From contig CBDBKE010000003.1 in NCBI GenBank assembly GCA_965206645.1, positions 32,001 to 96,000 of the forward strand: DNA of 64,000 bases, read 5' to 3'. Both the position numbers and the translations under genes were made by a program. The notes under the pieces were generated by a model that was given only the letters and a program-made list of their open reading frames with translations, made no database searches and was not told the DNA's origin. This DNA comes from Terriglobia bacterium. GTDB taxonomy: Bacteria > Acidobacteriota > Terriglobia > JAJPHL01 > JAPKYU01. This document shows, in pieces, positions 53,301-63,293 of the stretch; the stretch's first letter is position 1, and every line of letters begins with the position of its first letter.

Positions 53301-56050
53301 GTCAGGGTCTGGCCCACCTGCGGCGCACCGGTAATCCTCGGCTGCCCCGTCGGCGGATTGTTCGGTGTATCGTCGTCGGTGATGGTGAGGGTGGCCGGGT
53401 TGATAGTGGTGATGCCCGAGACTGTGGTGGTCCCGCTCACCGTCACCGTCTCGGAACCTTCCATGGAGGTGTCGTCGTTGGGCGTAAACTGAAAGGTTGC
53501 CGTCCCGCTACCGGCGCTGGCGGGGATGGTGACGTTGAAGGGCTGCACCGGGGTGAAGTCGGCAGTCTGGGCGGTCGCTGCCGCCAAGGTAACGTTCACC
53601 ACCGTGGGCGATGACAGGGTGGCGCTCCCCTGCGGGAAAGCTGCCGTCACCATGATGTCTGTCTCCCCGGCGTTCTCGGCGACGCTGTCGGGACTCACAC
53701 TCAGCTCGATGGTGTCCGGCGGGGCGTCGTCGTCGATGATGGTGAGGGTGGCCGTGGCCATCACACCTTGGCTGACCCCCTCCAGCAGCGTGCCGAAGCC
53801 CAACTCTATCGTCTCATCGTCACTGTCGGTGTCCTCGTTGGCCACGATCATGAACGTCTTGGAGAGGTCTCCGGGAGCAAAACTCAAGGTTCCATCGGTG
53901 AGACCGGAAACCGTGTAATCGTCCGCCTCCGTTGTGCCTTGCGGCATCACCGTGATCGGAATCGTGAGGTTCTGGTTGGACGTCCGGTTCAGCGTCACCC
54001 TCAGCGTCACCGGATCGCCACCTTCCGTCGTGCTGTAGCTCGCCAAGTCGAACGCCACCGTCAGGACCGGCGGGGGTGGAGGTGGGGGCGGGGTAACCGC
54101 CTCCCTGACCGCGTCGGTCGGCAGGCTGGTCACGGTTTCCTCGGTGCCGATGCCGTCGGTGAAGCTCACCGTGACCGTGATCCGCTTACCGACCTCATTG
54201 TTGGTCAGCCTGTAGCTTGAATCCATTGCCCCGGCGATATTCGTTCCGTCGGCCTTCCACTGATAGGCGAAGTCGCCCAGGCCGTCGGCGTCTTGAATGT
54301 CGGTCGTCACCGCCGTCAGGGTCTGGCCCACCCGCGCCGTACCGGTAATCCTTGGCTGCCCCGTCGGCGGATTGTTCGGTGTGTCGTCGTCGATGATGGT
54401 GAGGGTGGCCGGGTTGATGGTGGTGATGCCCGAGGTGGTCCCGCTCACCGTCACCGTCTCGGAACCTTCCATGGAGGTATCGTCGTTGGGCGTGAACTGA
54501 AAGGTTGCCGTCCCGCTACGGGCGCTGGCGGGGATGGTGAGGTTGAAGGGCTGCACCGGGGTAAAATCGGCGGTCTGAGCGGTCGCTGCCGTCAAGGTAA
54601 CGTTCACCACCGTGGGCGTTGACAGGATGGCGCTCCCCTGCGGGAAAGCTGCCGTCACCATGATGCCTGTCGCCCCGGCGTTCTCGGCGACTCTGTCGGG
54701 ATTCACGCTCAGCTCGATGGTGTCCGGCGGGGCGTCGTTGTCGATGATGGTGAGGGTGGCCGGGTTGATAGTGGTGATGCCCGAGGTGGTCCCGCTCACC
54801 GTCACCGTCTCGGAACCTTCCATGGAGGTGTCGTCGTTGGGCGTGAACTGAAAGGTTGCCGTCCCGCTACGGGCGCTGGCGGGGATGGTGAGGTTGAAGG
54901 GCTGCACCGGGGTGAAGTCGGCGGTCTGGGCGGTGGCTGCCGCCAAGGTAACGTTCACCACCGTGGGCGTTGACAGGGTGGCGCTCCCCTGCGGGAAAGC
55001 TGCCGTCACCATGATGCCTGTCGCCCCGGCGTTCTCGGCGACGCTGTCGGGACTCACCCTCAGCTCGATGGTGTCCGGCGGAACGTCGTCGTCGGTGATG
55101 GTGAGGGTGGCCGGGTTGACAGTGGTGATGCCCGAGGCGGCGGTGGTCCCGCTCACGGTGACCGTCTTGTCGCTCTCGACGACGACGTCGTCGGTCGGCG
55201 TCAACGTGAACCTCTCCGTCGCACTCGTCAATCCCTCGGGAATCGTCACCGTCAGGTCATCGACCGTCTCGTAGTCCGTCCCCTCCGTCGCGCTGTCTCC
55301 CGCCTTGCCCACCGCCACCTTCACCGGCGTCGATCCCAACCGCGCCGCTCCGTTCAGCGCCGCCCTCACCGTCACCGTCGTTCCGCCCGCCCCTTCGCTC
55401 ACCGTCATCGGATTCACCGACAACGCCACCCCCGTCGACGCCGTCTCGTCGTCCGTGACTTGCACCTCCACAGGGGCCACACCGTGCAGGGACGGTGGGC
55501 AATTGCTCTTCTCGTCCCACACCTCGTGGGTGATGGTCACAAACTCATCCTTATCATCGTCGTCTTGGAATGCTGTAATATGAACGTTTCGCCATTGTGT
55601 TGGACCCGGGTTGTCAACCGGGTCTCTATCCTGATTGAATTCCCAGCCGACGGACGGCACCCAACGAATGCCTATTCCCTCGCTGTTGTCGTGGTTGCCG
55701 GCGTAGTACACCACTCCGTTGACATGGATCCGTACCCACCAGCCGTCGGCGGCCGGTTGCTCACTGAGCCTAATGTTGTAGGAGAGGGTTTCTCCCTCCC
55801 TGATCGTCAACGTGGACGTCGACACTTGCACTTCCCCTTGCCAGTTGAAGATCGGGGCGTTGTTCTGGGCGTGGACTTGGTGCATGGCGACGCCGGACAG
55901 GAGCGCCAACAGCATGATGGTGGAGGCGACGAGACGCGAGGATCCAAGGACCGGACTCTCTTCCAGTCCAGGAACGGACCTGAAGCAGACAAGTGAGCTA
56001 AACATTTTGGTCAGCCGAATCAATGGATTGGAAACGCTGGGCGCAGGCAT
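50399..56050 (-). CDS. Large autotransporter-like adhesin with Calx-beta/Ig-like repeats
   Basis: Signal-like N-terminus; repeated TATLTIxDDD modules; C-terminal beta-barrel (AHPYLYW, LLTPY, terminal F). Confidence 0.85.
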   Translation of the reverse strand: MPAPSVSNPLIRLTKMFSSLVCFRSVPGLEESPVLGSSRLVASTIMLLALLSGVAMHQVHAQNNAPIFNWQGEVQVSTSTLTIREGETLSYNIRLSEQPAADGWWVRIHVNGVVYYAGNHDNSEGIGIRWVPSVGWEFNQDRDPVDNPGPTQWRNVHITAFQDDDDKDEFVTITHEVWDEKSNCPPSLHGVAPVEVQVTDDETASTGVALSVNPMTVSEGAGGTTVTVRAALNGAARLGSTPVKVAVGKAGDSATEGTDYETVDDLTVTIPEGLTSATERFTLTPTDDVVVESDKTVTVSGTTAASGITTVNPATLTITDDDVPPDTIELRVSPDSVAENAGATGIMVTAAFPQGSATLSTPTVVNVTLAAATAQTADFTPVQPFNLTIPASARSGTATFQFTPNDDTSMEGSETVTVSGTTSGITTINPATLTIIDNDAPPDTIELSVNPDRVAENAGATGIMVTAAFPQGSAILSTPTVVNVTLTAATAQTADFTPVQPFNLTIPASARSGTATFQFTPNDDTSMEGSETVTVSGTTSGITTINPATLTIIDDDTPNNPPTGQPRITGTARVGQTLTAVTTDIQDADGLGDFAYQWKADGTNIAGAMDSSYRLTNNEVGKRITVTVSFTDGIGTEETVTSLPTDAVREAVTPPPPPPPPVLTVAFDLASYSTTEGGDPVTLRVTLNRTSNQNLTIPITVMPQGTTEADDYTVSGLTDGTLSFAPGDLSKTFMIVANEDTDSDDETIELGFGTLLEGVSQGVMATATLTIIDDDAPPDTIELSVSPDSVAENAGETDIMVTAAFPQGSATLSSPTVVNVTLAAATAQTADFTPVQPFNVTIPASAGSGTATFQFTPNDDTSMEGSETVTVSGTTTVSGITTINPATLTITDDDTPNNPPTGQPRITGAPQVGQTLTAVTTDIQDADGLGDFVYQWKADGTNIAGAMDLSYRLTNNEVGKRITVTVSFTDGIGTEEAVTSQPTAAVRDAVTLPRQALTVAFDPASYSTTEGGDPVTVKVSLNRASDRDITIPITVMPQGATEADDYTVSGLTDGTLSFAPGDLSKTFMIAANEDTDSDDETIELGFGTLPEGVSQGETATATLTITDDDVPPALTVAFDLASYSTTEGGDPVTLKVMLNRTSDQDLTIPITLMPQGATEADDYTVSGLTDGTLNFAPGDLSKTFMIVANEDTDSDDETIELGFGTLPEGVSKGETATATLTIVDADLPELAVSFARAEHTIAEGGDPASINVNISPAADRRVEVPLVVTPQGGATSQDYGGVPASIVFEVGATVVTFQVTAPADQEDDPGESIVLGFGDLPEAVSEGDPSETTVKFTQQRSAEQFSASLKILLAVTARSVGDSAQTAIQSRFQHKRQLMRNRLSARGPNTGGSLSAGQTGSNGSGLSRAGALNHMPEADRFGFAPPRLAEGAGPSMGSIRPGSLHNSLAPDYGIAPTQAAYGHVTLQRTSTADTTLVARQFSGIRARQPIFSQASFNLQMGESTRGNDGSGSVALWVQGDLQNFNGNITRGGMDYRGVMGAAHVGLDFYNSEQMLVGLSFMRSFARINYNADGVHGMFRNGMNTAHPYLYWQPNERFSTWVIGGLGRGEVDVNEPRRAHDLASDFRMFSGGMRSVLAKRGNTEVGVVLDSFTARLGTKAWKDIENVSGQASRTRMMLEMVHDKPLEAERSLSIKAELGYRHDAGDADRGSGAEAGFRLGYLDAAGGLGIASHGRMLLVRESDYRDLGLGMQVSWDSGEKRRGLQLSMMSSRGNDGGGRTTLWNNSALVTRPMGSGYMSNASQTSTSSEVAYGMDIFGGRGLLTPYSRLQLADYGRDLRVGTEFSLLSRGLPAQPAKFQLEWIRRETPNRMIDLGMMLGISIPF

Positions 56051-56082
56051 CGTTGTGGAAGACCAGACGCATGCGTCTCCAC

Positions 56083-56887
56083 GGTACTGTCAAAGTTAGC
56101 GTTCGTCGAGCGAGCCGGTACTCGGGATCGTGATCTCAGTTCGAGTCAGGCGGCGATCGTGACTGCATCCCAAATGAGAAAAGAGCGTCCTCGTAGCTCC
56201 CGATGATGCACCGCTCGCACCAGGTGACGGCCAACGCGGAAGAGGTTGCGGACGAGCCCATGCACGGACAAGAATCGTTGTGCCTGCCCGGGAGATTTGA
56301 ACCGGCGCATTTGTCGCTCGCGTTGCCGTGTGGGCTGGTGGGAGACTTCGGCGCGATTGTTCTCGTATCGGTCCGTGCGATGGGCGACGGACGGCATGAC
56401 CGCTCGGTGCGCAGCCCTGTAGCTGCTCAGCTTGTCGGTGACCAACCGCCCAGGCGTACGCTCCTGGCCCTTCAACAGCTTGCGGGAAAAGAGTGTAGCC
56501 GCCCGACAGTCGCGATGCGACTGGACGAGGATATCGATGACGTCACCATCTTGACCGACGGCACGCCAGAGATAGCGCCGCTGTCCCTGGATGGTGACGA
56601 AGACCTCGTCCAGGTGCCAGATGTCGCCCAGCCGGCCCTGTCGACGCTTGAGCCGGCGAGCGTATACTGAACCGATCGTGAGGCACCACAGCCGGATCGC
56701 TTCGTAGGACACCGTAATGCCGCGTTGGGCCAGGAGATCTTCGACATCGCGAAAGCTCACACCGAAGCGGTGATACAGCCAGACGGCGTGGCTGATAATG
56801 TCGGGTGGGAATCGATATCCATGGTAGCTCAGCGTGTCGCGTTTCATCGGCCAAGTCTGCCACGCTCCCACTGAACTTGACAGTACC
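56083..56887 (-). mobile_element. IS6-family element, copy 2 (transposase ~56146-56847)
   Basis: Near-identical to copy 1, same orientation. Confidence 0.95.
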
Positions 56888-56893
56888 ATAAAT

Positions 56894-57700
56894 ATGGCAC
56901 TATCCCCGATGAATAACCAGAATGGTTGTGGTGGGCGGCTCGCAGCTAACCGGAGCACATCTCGGCATAACCATCAGATCGTAACAGGCCTATTTTGGTG
57001 TGCTGTTCTTTGTCTTGTTGCGGTGAGCGCCGATGCGCAGTTGCTTTCTTTCGGGGTCAAGGGCGGCATTCCGCTAAACGACGCATTCCTATTCACCAGC
57101 TTAGGCACGATTCCCCCGAGGGTAGCCGTTACCCGCGAATCGCACTTCTGTAAAACAAGGAGATATGTCGTGGGCCCGACGGTGCAAGTCCATCTGCCGT
57201 TGCGCCTTGCCCTCGAGTTCAATGTTCTCTACAGGCGGCTGAACTACGACAGGAATTTCTATGCTCGCACGCCATCGTCAGGGGAGCATTTCGTCAACAC
57301 GCATAATGTAGCCAACAAGTGGGAATTTCCTCTTCTGATGAAATATCGTTTTTCGGGTGCCACCGTACGTCCCTTTGTGGCGGCAGGCGTGAGCGTGAAC
57401 CGGATCAACGGAACCAGGCAAGTTAGAGATACAGGTAGTCGAACCTTCACCGAGTGGTACTATACGCGCAATGTCAGCCAGTCAGGGTTCGCTTTGGAGG
57501 AGCTTGCGCGTTTCTCCACCGGAGGATTTGTGCTTGGAGGCGGCGTGGAGATGCCGTTGAGTTTTATCCGTATTACCGCGGAAATGCGCTATACCCGCTG
57601 GGCACACGAGAATTTCCGCGAGGGGACGAAGTGGTTTGGGACACCCTTCGGTTCCAACCTTAATCAGGCGGACTTTCTGCTGGGAATATCATTCCGATAG
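56894..57700 (+). CDS. Outer-membrane beta-barrel (PorT-like) protein
   Basis: Signal peptide ADA-Q; FGVKGGIP, WEFPLLMKY, NQADFLLGISF. Start uncertain. Confidence 0.75.
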   Translation: MALSPMNNQNGCGGRLAANRSTSRHNHQIVTGLFWCAVLCLVAVSADAQLLSFGVKGGIPLNDAFLFTSLGTIPPRVAVTRESHFCKTRRYVVGPTVQVHLPLRLALEFNVLYRRLNYDRNFYARTPSSGEHFVNTHNVANKWEFPLLMKYRFSGATVRPFVAAGVSVNRINGTRQVRDTGSRTFTEWYYTRNVSQSGFALEELARFSTGGFVLGGGVEMPLSFIRITAEMRYTRWAHENFREGTKWFGTPFGSNLNQADFLLGISFR

Positions 57701-58100
57701 TGCCTAGTCGGCAGACGTACCGGAAGCTTTGCGGCGAGATTCTGGAGAAACTTCAAGAGGGTACGGACCCCTACAAGATTCAAAATGAAGAAATCTATAC
57801 AGCACTGCCGTAGGCCGTCGCAAAGCCTTCGGCGGAGCGACGCGGTGATTGTTTGAACCCGCATCAATATTGACGTTGGAGATTAGCAGAAGGATGCCGC
57901 CGACCATTCATGAAGAGAATCCGGGTTAATTTTGTTTGTAACAGCTGCGAAGCGACCAATGTATTGCCGATGGAATCCTTTGAGAGAGAGACTGGGGTAT
58001 GCTCTTCCTGCGGCTCCACGGTTCGCAACCGGAGCGTTATCCATCTTCTAACGAAATACCTTTTAGATTGATTGTAGAATCAGCCGCAATTGCCAGTCGA

Positions 58101-58242
58101 ATGTTCTGGCAGATCACGGCGCGGCGGCATCCAGTTCCCCCGGAGGCAAGGAGGAGAATACGGGAGCGGCTTCGAAGTTGAGCGACAGACTGACGATGGG
58201 CGCCGTGGAGGTGATTTTGAGCGATCCGGCAAAACTGCTGAG
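58101..58242 (+). pseudogene. Possible ribosome hibernation factor (HPF)-like N-terminal remnant
   Basis: MFWQITARRHPVPPEARRRIRERL / KLSDRL..AVEVILS; one frameshift; cut by the MITE. Confidence 0.35.
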
Positions 58243-58373
58243 GGTACTGTCAAGTTGAGCAGAATCTGCCCGTTTTGCGGAAGGATTCTGCTGGATCAGA
58301 GACTGAGAATCAATGACTTAGCGGTGGCGGCGGGCGGCGAGAATGCCGCCAAACTGCTTAACTTGACAGTACC
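58243..58373 (-). mobile_element. IS6-end MITE, copy 4
   Basis: Reverse complement of copy 3. Confidence 0.9.
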
Positions 58374-58848
58374 TTTCCATGTCCGTCAGGTTCAGGTTGG
58401 TGGCGAGGTTGGAAAGCAGCGTCAGGAACCGGTTTCCCTGCGTGTGCCAGAACCGAGTCACACGGCGGGTAGAGCCGGCGAAGCGCGAGCCGTAAACCAC
58501 GTCGGCCTTCCCTTCCAGGATCGGCGCAATCAGGCGCGGGTATTCAGCCGGATCGTATTCCAGGTCCGCATCCTGGATCAAAATGATCTGGCCCGAAGCG
58601 CGCTCAATGCCGGCCCGCACAGCCGCCCCTTTACCCCCGTTGCGGGGCTGGTGAATCACCCGGAGACGAGGGTCAGTGGCGGCCAACTCGTCCAGCAGCT
58701 CTCGACTGCCGTCGGTAGAGCAATCGTCCACCGCGAGGATCTCTTTTTCGATCGGCACCTGGTGCACGCGGCGCAGAACTTCGTGAAGCGTCCGCCGCTC
58801 GTTATAGACTGGCAGGATCACCGATAGCAGCGGACCACCTTCGGCCAT
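58374..58848 (-). pseudogene. GT2 glycosyltransferase (Dol-P-Man synthase-like), truncated by the MITE
   Basis: [38 protein letters not shown]; ends at TDME. Confidence 0.9.
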
Positions 58849-58989
58849 GCGACTAACTCTAGACTCCGGCCCAGCCCGCGTCAAGGCCGCCAGCTTTTGT
58901 TTCTTTGGTGTTTCTTGGCGTTTCTTGACGCCGCCCAGATCTAAGCACAGCACCCTTGCGCGGCGCGCAACTTTGGGGTAGCATTCCTC

Positions 58990-59176
58990 CGAACATTGGG
59001 TTCCCGGTGTCCGCCGGATGGTCCGGCGGCATGGGAAGCTGGTGCAAATCCAGCACGGCCCCGCCACTGTGATTGCCGAGGACGTGCCCCGAACGCCACT
59101 GTCCGCAAGGATGGGAAGGCGGGCACGGCCGTTCCCGAGAAAATCGGGAGTCAGGCATAAGTCAGGAGACCGGCCG
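58990..59176 (+). promoter_or_regulatory. Cobalamin riboswitch
   Basis: GGGAAGCTGGTGCAAATCCAGCACGGCCCCGCCACTGTG, GCCACTG...TGGGAAGGC, B12 box AAGTCAGGAGACCGGCC; upstream of a TonB receptor. Confidence 0.95.
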
Positions 59177-59216
59177 GGAATCTCACTCGTTCCCCTGTCG
59201 AGGGATAGGAGGAGAG

Positions 59217-61415
59217 ATGACTCGCCGGTTTTCAATTTCCCTGCCCTTAGTTTCGACAGTTTCGACCCTACTGTTGCTTCTGCCTTCGGCTCTCTTTGCC
59301 CAGATCACTGGGACAGTCCTGGACCCGCAAGGCGCGGCGATCCCGCGCGCGGTCGTGTATCTGTCGGGAGCCGCCTCTTCGCGCACCGTCGGCGCCGACG
59401 CCGACGGGCGCTTTCGTTTTGAGTCGCCAGCCGACGGCACCTACACGCTGCTGGCCTCGGCCCCGGGACTCAGCGGCGCGCCGCAAAAAATTCGCGTGAA
59501 GGGCGGTGCGGTGCACGCCGATCTCCGCCTGCAACTAGCCGCACGCAGCGAGGTCCTGGTCGTGACCGCTGAGCGCGCCGAGTTGCCGACCTCGGCAGTA
59601 GCCTCCTCGACCACCGTCCTGACCCGGGACCAACTGGAGGAGATGCACGCTGGAAACGTGGCCCAGGCGCTGCGCCACGTTCCCGGTCTGGCTGTAGTGC
59701 AGACAGGCCGGCGAGGCAGCGTCACCAGCGTTTTCGCGCGTGGTGGCGACTCCAATTTCAACTTGGTGATGGTGGATGGCGTTCGGGTCAACGATTTTGG
59801 TGGCGCATTCAACTTTGCCCACCTGCCTGTGGAGATCATCGACCGCATCGAGGTCGTGCGCGGCCCGCAGAGCGCGCTCTACGGGCTGAACGCTATCGGC
59901 TCGGTCGTCCACATCATTACCCGCCGGGCCACAAGCCCGTTCCAGTTTCACGGCGAGGCCGAGGGCGGCAGCTTCGCGACCGCCCGCGGCTCGTTCGGCG
60001 CCGGAGGCCGAGCGGGCCGCTTCGGCTGGAATTTTGACTTGGTGCGCCACTCCAGCGACGGTGTGGTCCCCAACGATGACTACCTTAACCGGGCTGGCTC
60101 GCTGAATCTGGAATACGAGCCGACCGCTGCCAGCCGCATCCGCTACACGCTGGTGGCCGGCGCCAACGAGTCCGGCGTCCCCGGTCCGTTTCGTGTCGCC
60201 CCGGTGAACCGGGTCAGCCGCCTCCGGGAGAACTCCCTCGTCAACGGCCTGGAGTTCGAGTTCACGCGCGGGCGCTTCCACCAGAAGCTGACCGGCAGCT
60301 TCTACACCGATCGCCGGGACTTCACCTCGTCGTTCGGCACTTCTCTCTCCCGCCAGTTTCACGGCGGCTTCGGAACCGAGACGCGCGTGGCGCTGGCGGA
60401 AGACGATACGCTCAGCTTTGGCTTCGATTACCAGCGCGAGCGATTCCGCAACACCTTCATCACGGATGAACGAGGCAGCGACTTTCCCCTGTTCCGCAAC
60501 AACTTCGGATGGTTCGTGGAAAACCTCTACGAGCACGACGGGCGCCTGTTCCTCAGCACGGGGTTCCGCCTGGAAAATATCCGCACCTCGGCGCTGCCCG
60601 CCGACGCCTTTGGCATCCGTCCGGCGATTGACGCCCACAGCAGGCTAGCGCTGAGCCCGAAGGTCTCAGTGGCGTATCTGCTCGGACCGGGCCCCGCCAC
60701 CAAGCTCCACGGCAGCGCGGGGACCGGGCTGCGTGCTCCGGGTGGTTTCGAACTGACTTTCACCAACAATCCGGAGTTGGCCCCGGAACGTACCACCAGC
60801 TTCGACCTGGGAATCCAGCAGGAACTGGCTCAGCGCCGGGTGGTGCTGGACCTGACCTACTTCTACAACCGCTATCACGACCTGATTGTCACCCTGCGGG
60901 GCGACCTTAGCGAGCTGAGCAGCTGGCAGTCAGACAACCTGGCCAACTCACGCGCGCAGGGGCTGGAGCTTTCCGGCGCCTTTCGTCCCACCGGGTGGAT
61001 CAACTTCAGCGGCCATTACACCTGGCTAAAGAGCGAGGTGCTTTCGCTGGATGGGGCTCCCGGGCGCGGGCCAACGCCGTTCCGCGTGGGACAGCGCCTG
61101 CTGCGCCGACCCGCACATTCGGGCGCCTATCTGGCCACCTGGCGCATTAAGCGCCTGCGCCTCAAGCTGAACACCGGCGCCTTTTGGCGCTCCGAAACCC
61201 TCGACGCCGACCCCATCCTGGGCCCGAGCGGTGGCCTGCTGATCAACCCCGGCTACGTTCGCCCGGACCTTGGCGCGGAGATCGCCTTGAGCCCGGAGGT
61301 TGCCCTGTGCGGGCGCCTATACAACTTCAGCGACAGCCGCTACGAGGAGGCGCTGGGCTTCCCCGCCCTGCGGCGCAATTTCGTCGCTGGCCTAAAATTC
61401 CGCTGGCGGAAGTAA
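59217..61415 (+). CDS. btuB: TonB-dependent cobalamin receptor
   Basis: RBS AGGAGGAG; signal peptide; VVTAER TonB box; [14 protein letters not shown]; riboswitch context. Confidence 0.85.
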   Translation: MTRRFSISLPLVSTVSTLLLLLPSALFAQITGTVLDPQGAAIPRAVVYLSGAASSRTVGADADGRFRFESPADGTYTLLASAPGLSGAPQKIRVKGGAVHADLRLQLAARSEVLVVTAERAELPTSAVASSTTVLTRDQLEEMHAGNVAQALRHVPGLAVVQTGRRGSVTSVFARGGDSNFNLVMVDGVRVNDFGGAFNFAHLPVEIIDRIEVVRGPQSALYGLNAIGSVVHIITRRATSPFQFHGEAEGGSFATARGSFGAGGRAGRFGWNFDLVRHSSDGVVPNDDYLNRAGSLNLEYEPTAASRIRYTLVAGANESGVPGPFRVAPVNRVSRLRENSLVNGLEFEFTRGRFHQKLTGSFYTDRRDFTSSFGTSLSRQFHGGFGTETRVALAEDDTLSFGFDYQRERFRNTFITDERGSDFPLFRNNFGWFVENLYEHDGRLFLSTGFRLENIRTSALPADAFGIRPAIDAHSRLALSPKVSVAYLLGPGPATKLHGSAGTGLRAPGGFELTFTNNPELAPERTTSFDLGIQQELAQRRVVLDLTYFYNRYHDLIVTLRGDLSELSSWQSDNLANSRAQGLELSGAFRPTGWINFSGHYTWLKSEVLSLDGAPGRGPTPFRVGQRLLRRPAHSGAYLATWRIKRLRLKLNTGAFWRSETLDADPILGPSGGLLINPGYVRPDLGAEIALSPEVALCGRLYNFSDSRYEEALGFPALRRNFVAGLKFRWRK

Positions 61416-61464
61416 CCGGGTCCCGCTGGCCCTATGACACACCTCCAATGGAAGGAGACGAGAG

Positions 61465-62053
61465 ATGTTGCCCACCTACTCAAGCAAATCGAGCCAATCC
61501 CTGAGACCACTGACGCTCTCGCTGTGCCTCCTGAGTGCCGTAGCGCGGTTGATGCCGCATCCGCCCAACGTCACTCCGGTGGGCGGTCTGAGCCTCTTTG
61601 GCGGGGCACGGTTGCCAGGCTGGCAGGCTTACCTGATGCCGCTGCTCGTCATGTCCGTGACCAATCCGATCCTGGCCGTGCTGCACGGATACCCCGTGTA
61701 TCCGAAGACCACCTTGTTCGTGTACGCCAGGCTTCCTGGTCAACGTGTGGATTGGGCGCCGACTGCGCCGTTCGGAAAACGCGCTGTGGATCGGGGGAGC
61801 GGTCTTTCTATGCAGCCTGCAGTTCTTCCTGCTGACCAACTTTGGCTGGTGGCTAACGAGCGCGGCCTACCCGAAGACATGGGCCGGACTGCTGTGGTGC
61901 TATTGGGTCGCCCTTCCGTTCTTCGGCCATACCCTGGGAGGTGATCTGCTCTACTCGGCAATCCTGTTCGGGCTCCACTCCTGGTTGAGCCGGACCATGT
62001 TTCCACGCGAGAAGGTAGCCAAGGTATCCAGGGAAGCGACTGGCGCTGCCTGA
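61465..62053 (+). pseudogene. DUF6580/BtuM-like membrane transporter with a frameshift near 61728
   Basis: RLMPHPPNVTPVGGLSLFGGA; FFLLTNFGWW...CYWVALPFF..T..GDLLY in the second frame; extra G in GCCAGGCTTC. Confidence 0.75.
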
Positions 62054-62072
62054 GACAGGCAAGGAGGCCTGC

Positions 62073-62729
62073 GTGAAGAAGGCTCTTGTTTCCTGGAGCA
62101 GCGGCAAAGACAGCGCCTGGGTGCTGCACGCGCTCCGGGACCGCGACGTTGAAGTCGTGGGCCTGCTGACGACGCTGAACCAGGCGTTTGACCGGGTGGC
62201 CATGCATGCCGTCCGGCGGACTCTGCTGGAAGCCCAGGCGAAATCGCTAGAGATACCGCTGTGGACTGTGCCTCTGCCCTGGCCCTGCTCAAACCAGCAG
62301 TACGAAGAAATCATGGCTGAGGTGTGCCAGCGCGCTGTGGGAAAGGGAATTGAGGCCGTAGCCTTCGGCGATTTGTACCTCGTGGACGTCAGGCAGTACC
62401 GGGAGCGCCAGCTGCAGGGAACCGGTCTGTCGCCGCTGTTCCCACTTTGGGGAATCCCCACCGACGCCCTGGCCCGCGAAATGATCGCTAGCAGCCTCAA
62501 AGCCAAGATCACCTGCGTGGACCCAAAGGTTCTGCCCGGCCGCTTCGCGGGCCGCGACTTCGACGAAGCTTTCCTCGCGGAGCTGCCGGATGGCACCGAT
62601 CCCTGCGGAGAAAAAGGTGAGTTTCATTCCTTCGTCTATGACGGACCTATGTTTCAAGAACCGATCCCTGTGACGGTGGGAGAGATCTGCGAGCGGGACG
62701 GCTTCGTCTTTGCCGATCTGCTAGGCTGA
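62073..62729 (+). CDS. PP-loop ATPase (diphthine-ammonia ligase / DUF71-like)
   Basis: SWSSGKDS, AFGDL, PLW, DPCGEKGEFHSFV. Confidence 0.9.
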   Translation: MKKALVSWSSGKDSAWVLHALRDRDVEVVGLLTTLNQAFDRVAMHAVRRTLLEAQAKSLEIPLWTVPLPWPCSNQQYEEIMAEVCQRAVGKGIEAVAFGDLYLVDVRQYRERQLQGTGLSPLFPLWGIPTDALAREMIASSLKAKITCVDPKVLPGRFAGRDFDEAFLAELPDGTDPCGEKGEFHSFVYDGPMFQEPIPVTVGEICERDGFVFADLLG

Positions 62730-62786
62730 TCTGCTGGCTAGTCGCTGAGCGCCGACGGTGCCAAACATCTGCTCGGTGGTATAGGA

Positions 62787-63134
62787 ATGACAGCTTCCGA
62801 ACAGAACCCTGAGGAGAAGCGCCGAGCCGCAGAGCGGGCCGTCCTGCGGGCCATGTGCCAGGGTACTGAGGAAGGGCCGGTGTGGGATGAGGGCATGCGC
62901 CTGCTTCGCTCCTACCGCTTCTGCGACATCCACCATCAGGTGGTCTTCGAGGCGCTTCAGAAAATCTCCTCCGCAGAGCCGCCACTCATTCGCGAGCAAT
63001 TGCAGCAACGGGTGGTGCTGGCAGGTTTTCCCGACCTCGACGCGCAGGAATTTTTTGTACCGCACCAGCTAGACCGTCAGCAAGCCCTGGATCTGATCCA
63101 GTGGCTGGCCCAAGCGGGCCAGCAAGACCGGTAG
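62787..63134 (+). CDS. DnaB N-terminal-domain-like small protein
   Basis: AERAVL.AM....F...HQVVFEAL pattern. Confidence 0.55.
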   Translation: MTASEQNPEEKRRAAERAVLRAMCQGTEEGPVWDEGMRLLRSYRFCDIHHQVVFEALQKISSAEPPLIREQLQQRVVLAGFPDLDAQEFFVPHQLDRQQALDLIQWLAQAGQQDR

Positions 63135-63293
63135 CAGGAGTGAGGCTCTTGTGGCGCTGGGTCAGGCCTTGACTGGCTTCAAAGCTGAGAGGCAGCTTGC
63201 CGAGGTGACCTGCCTGCTTATTGCCCGCCGAGGCGGTGGCCTTCTGTAGGAGCCGGATAGCGGCTGACCATTTGGATATAGGGACTAGGTCAG

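Noticed and set aside
10433-56887. 46-kb IS6 composite transposon
   Set aside because: The copies are in direct orientation but the outer flanks (CGTAGCGC vs ATAAATAT) show no TSD, so it is unsupported.
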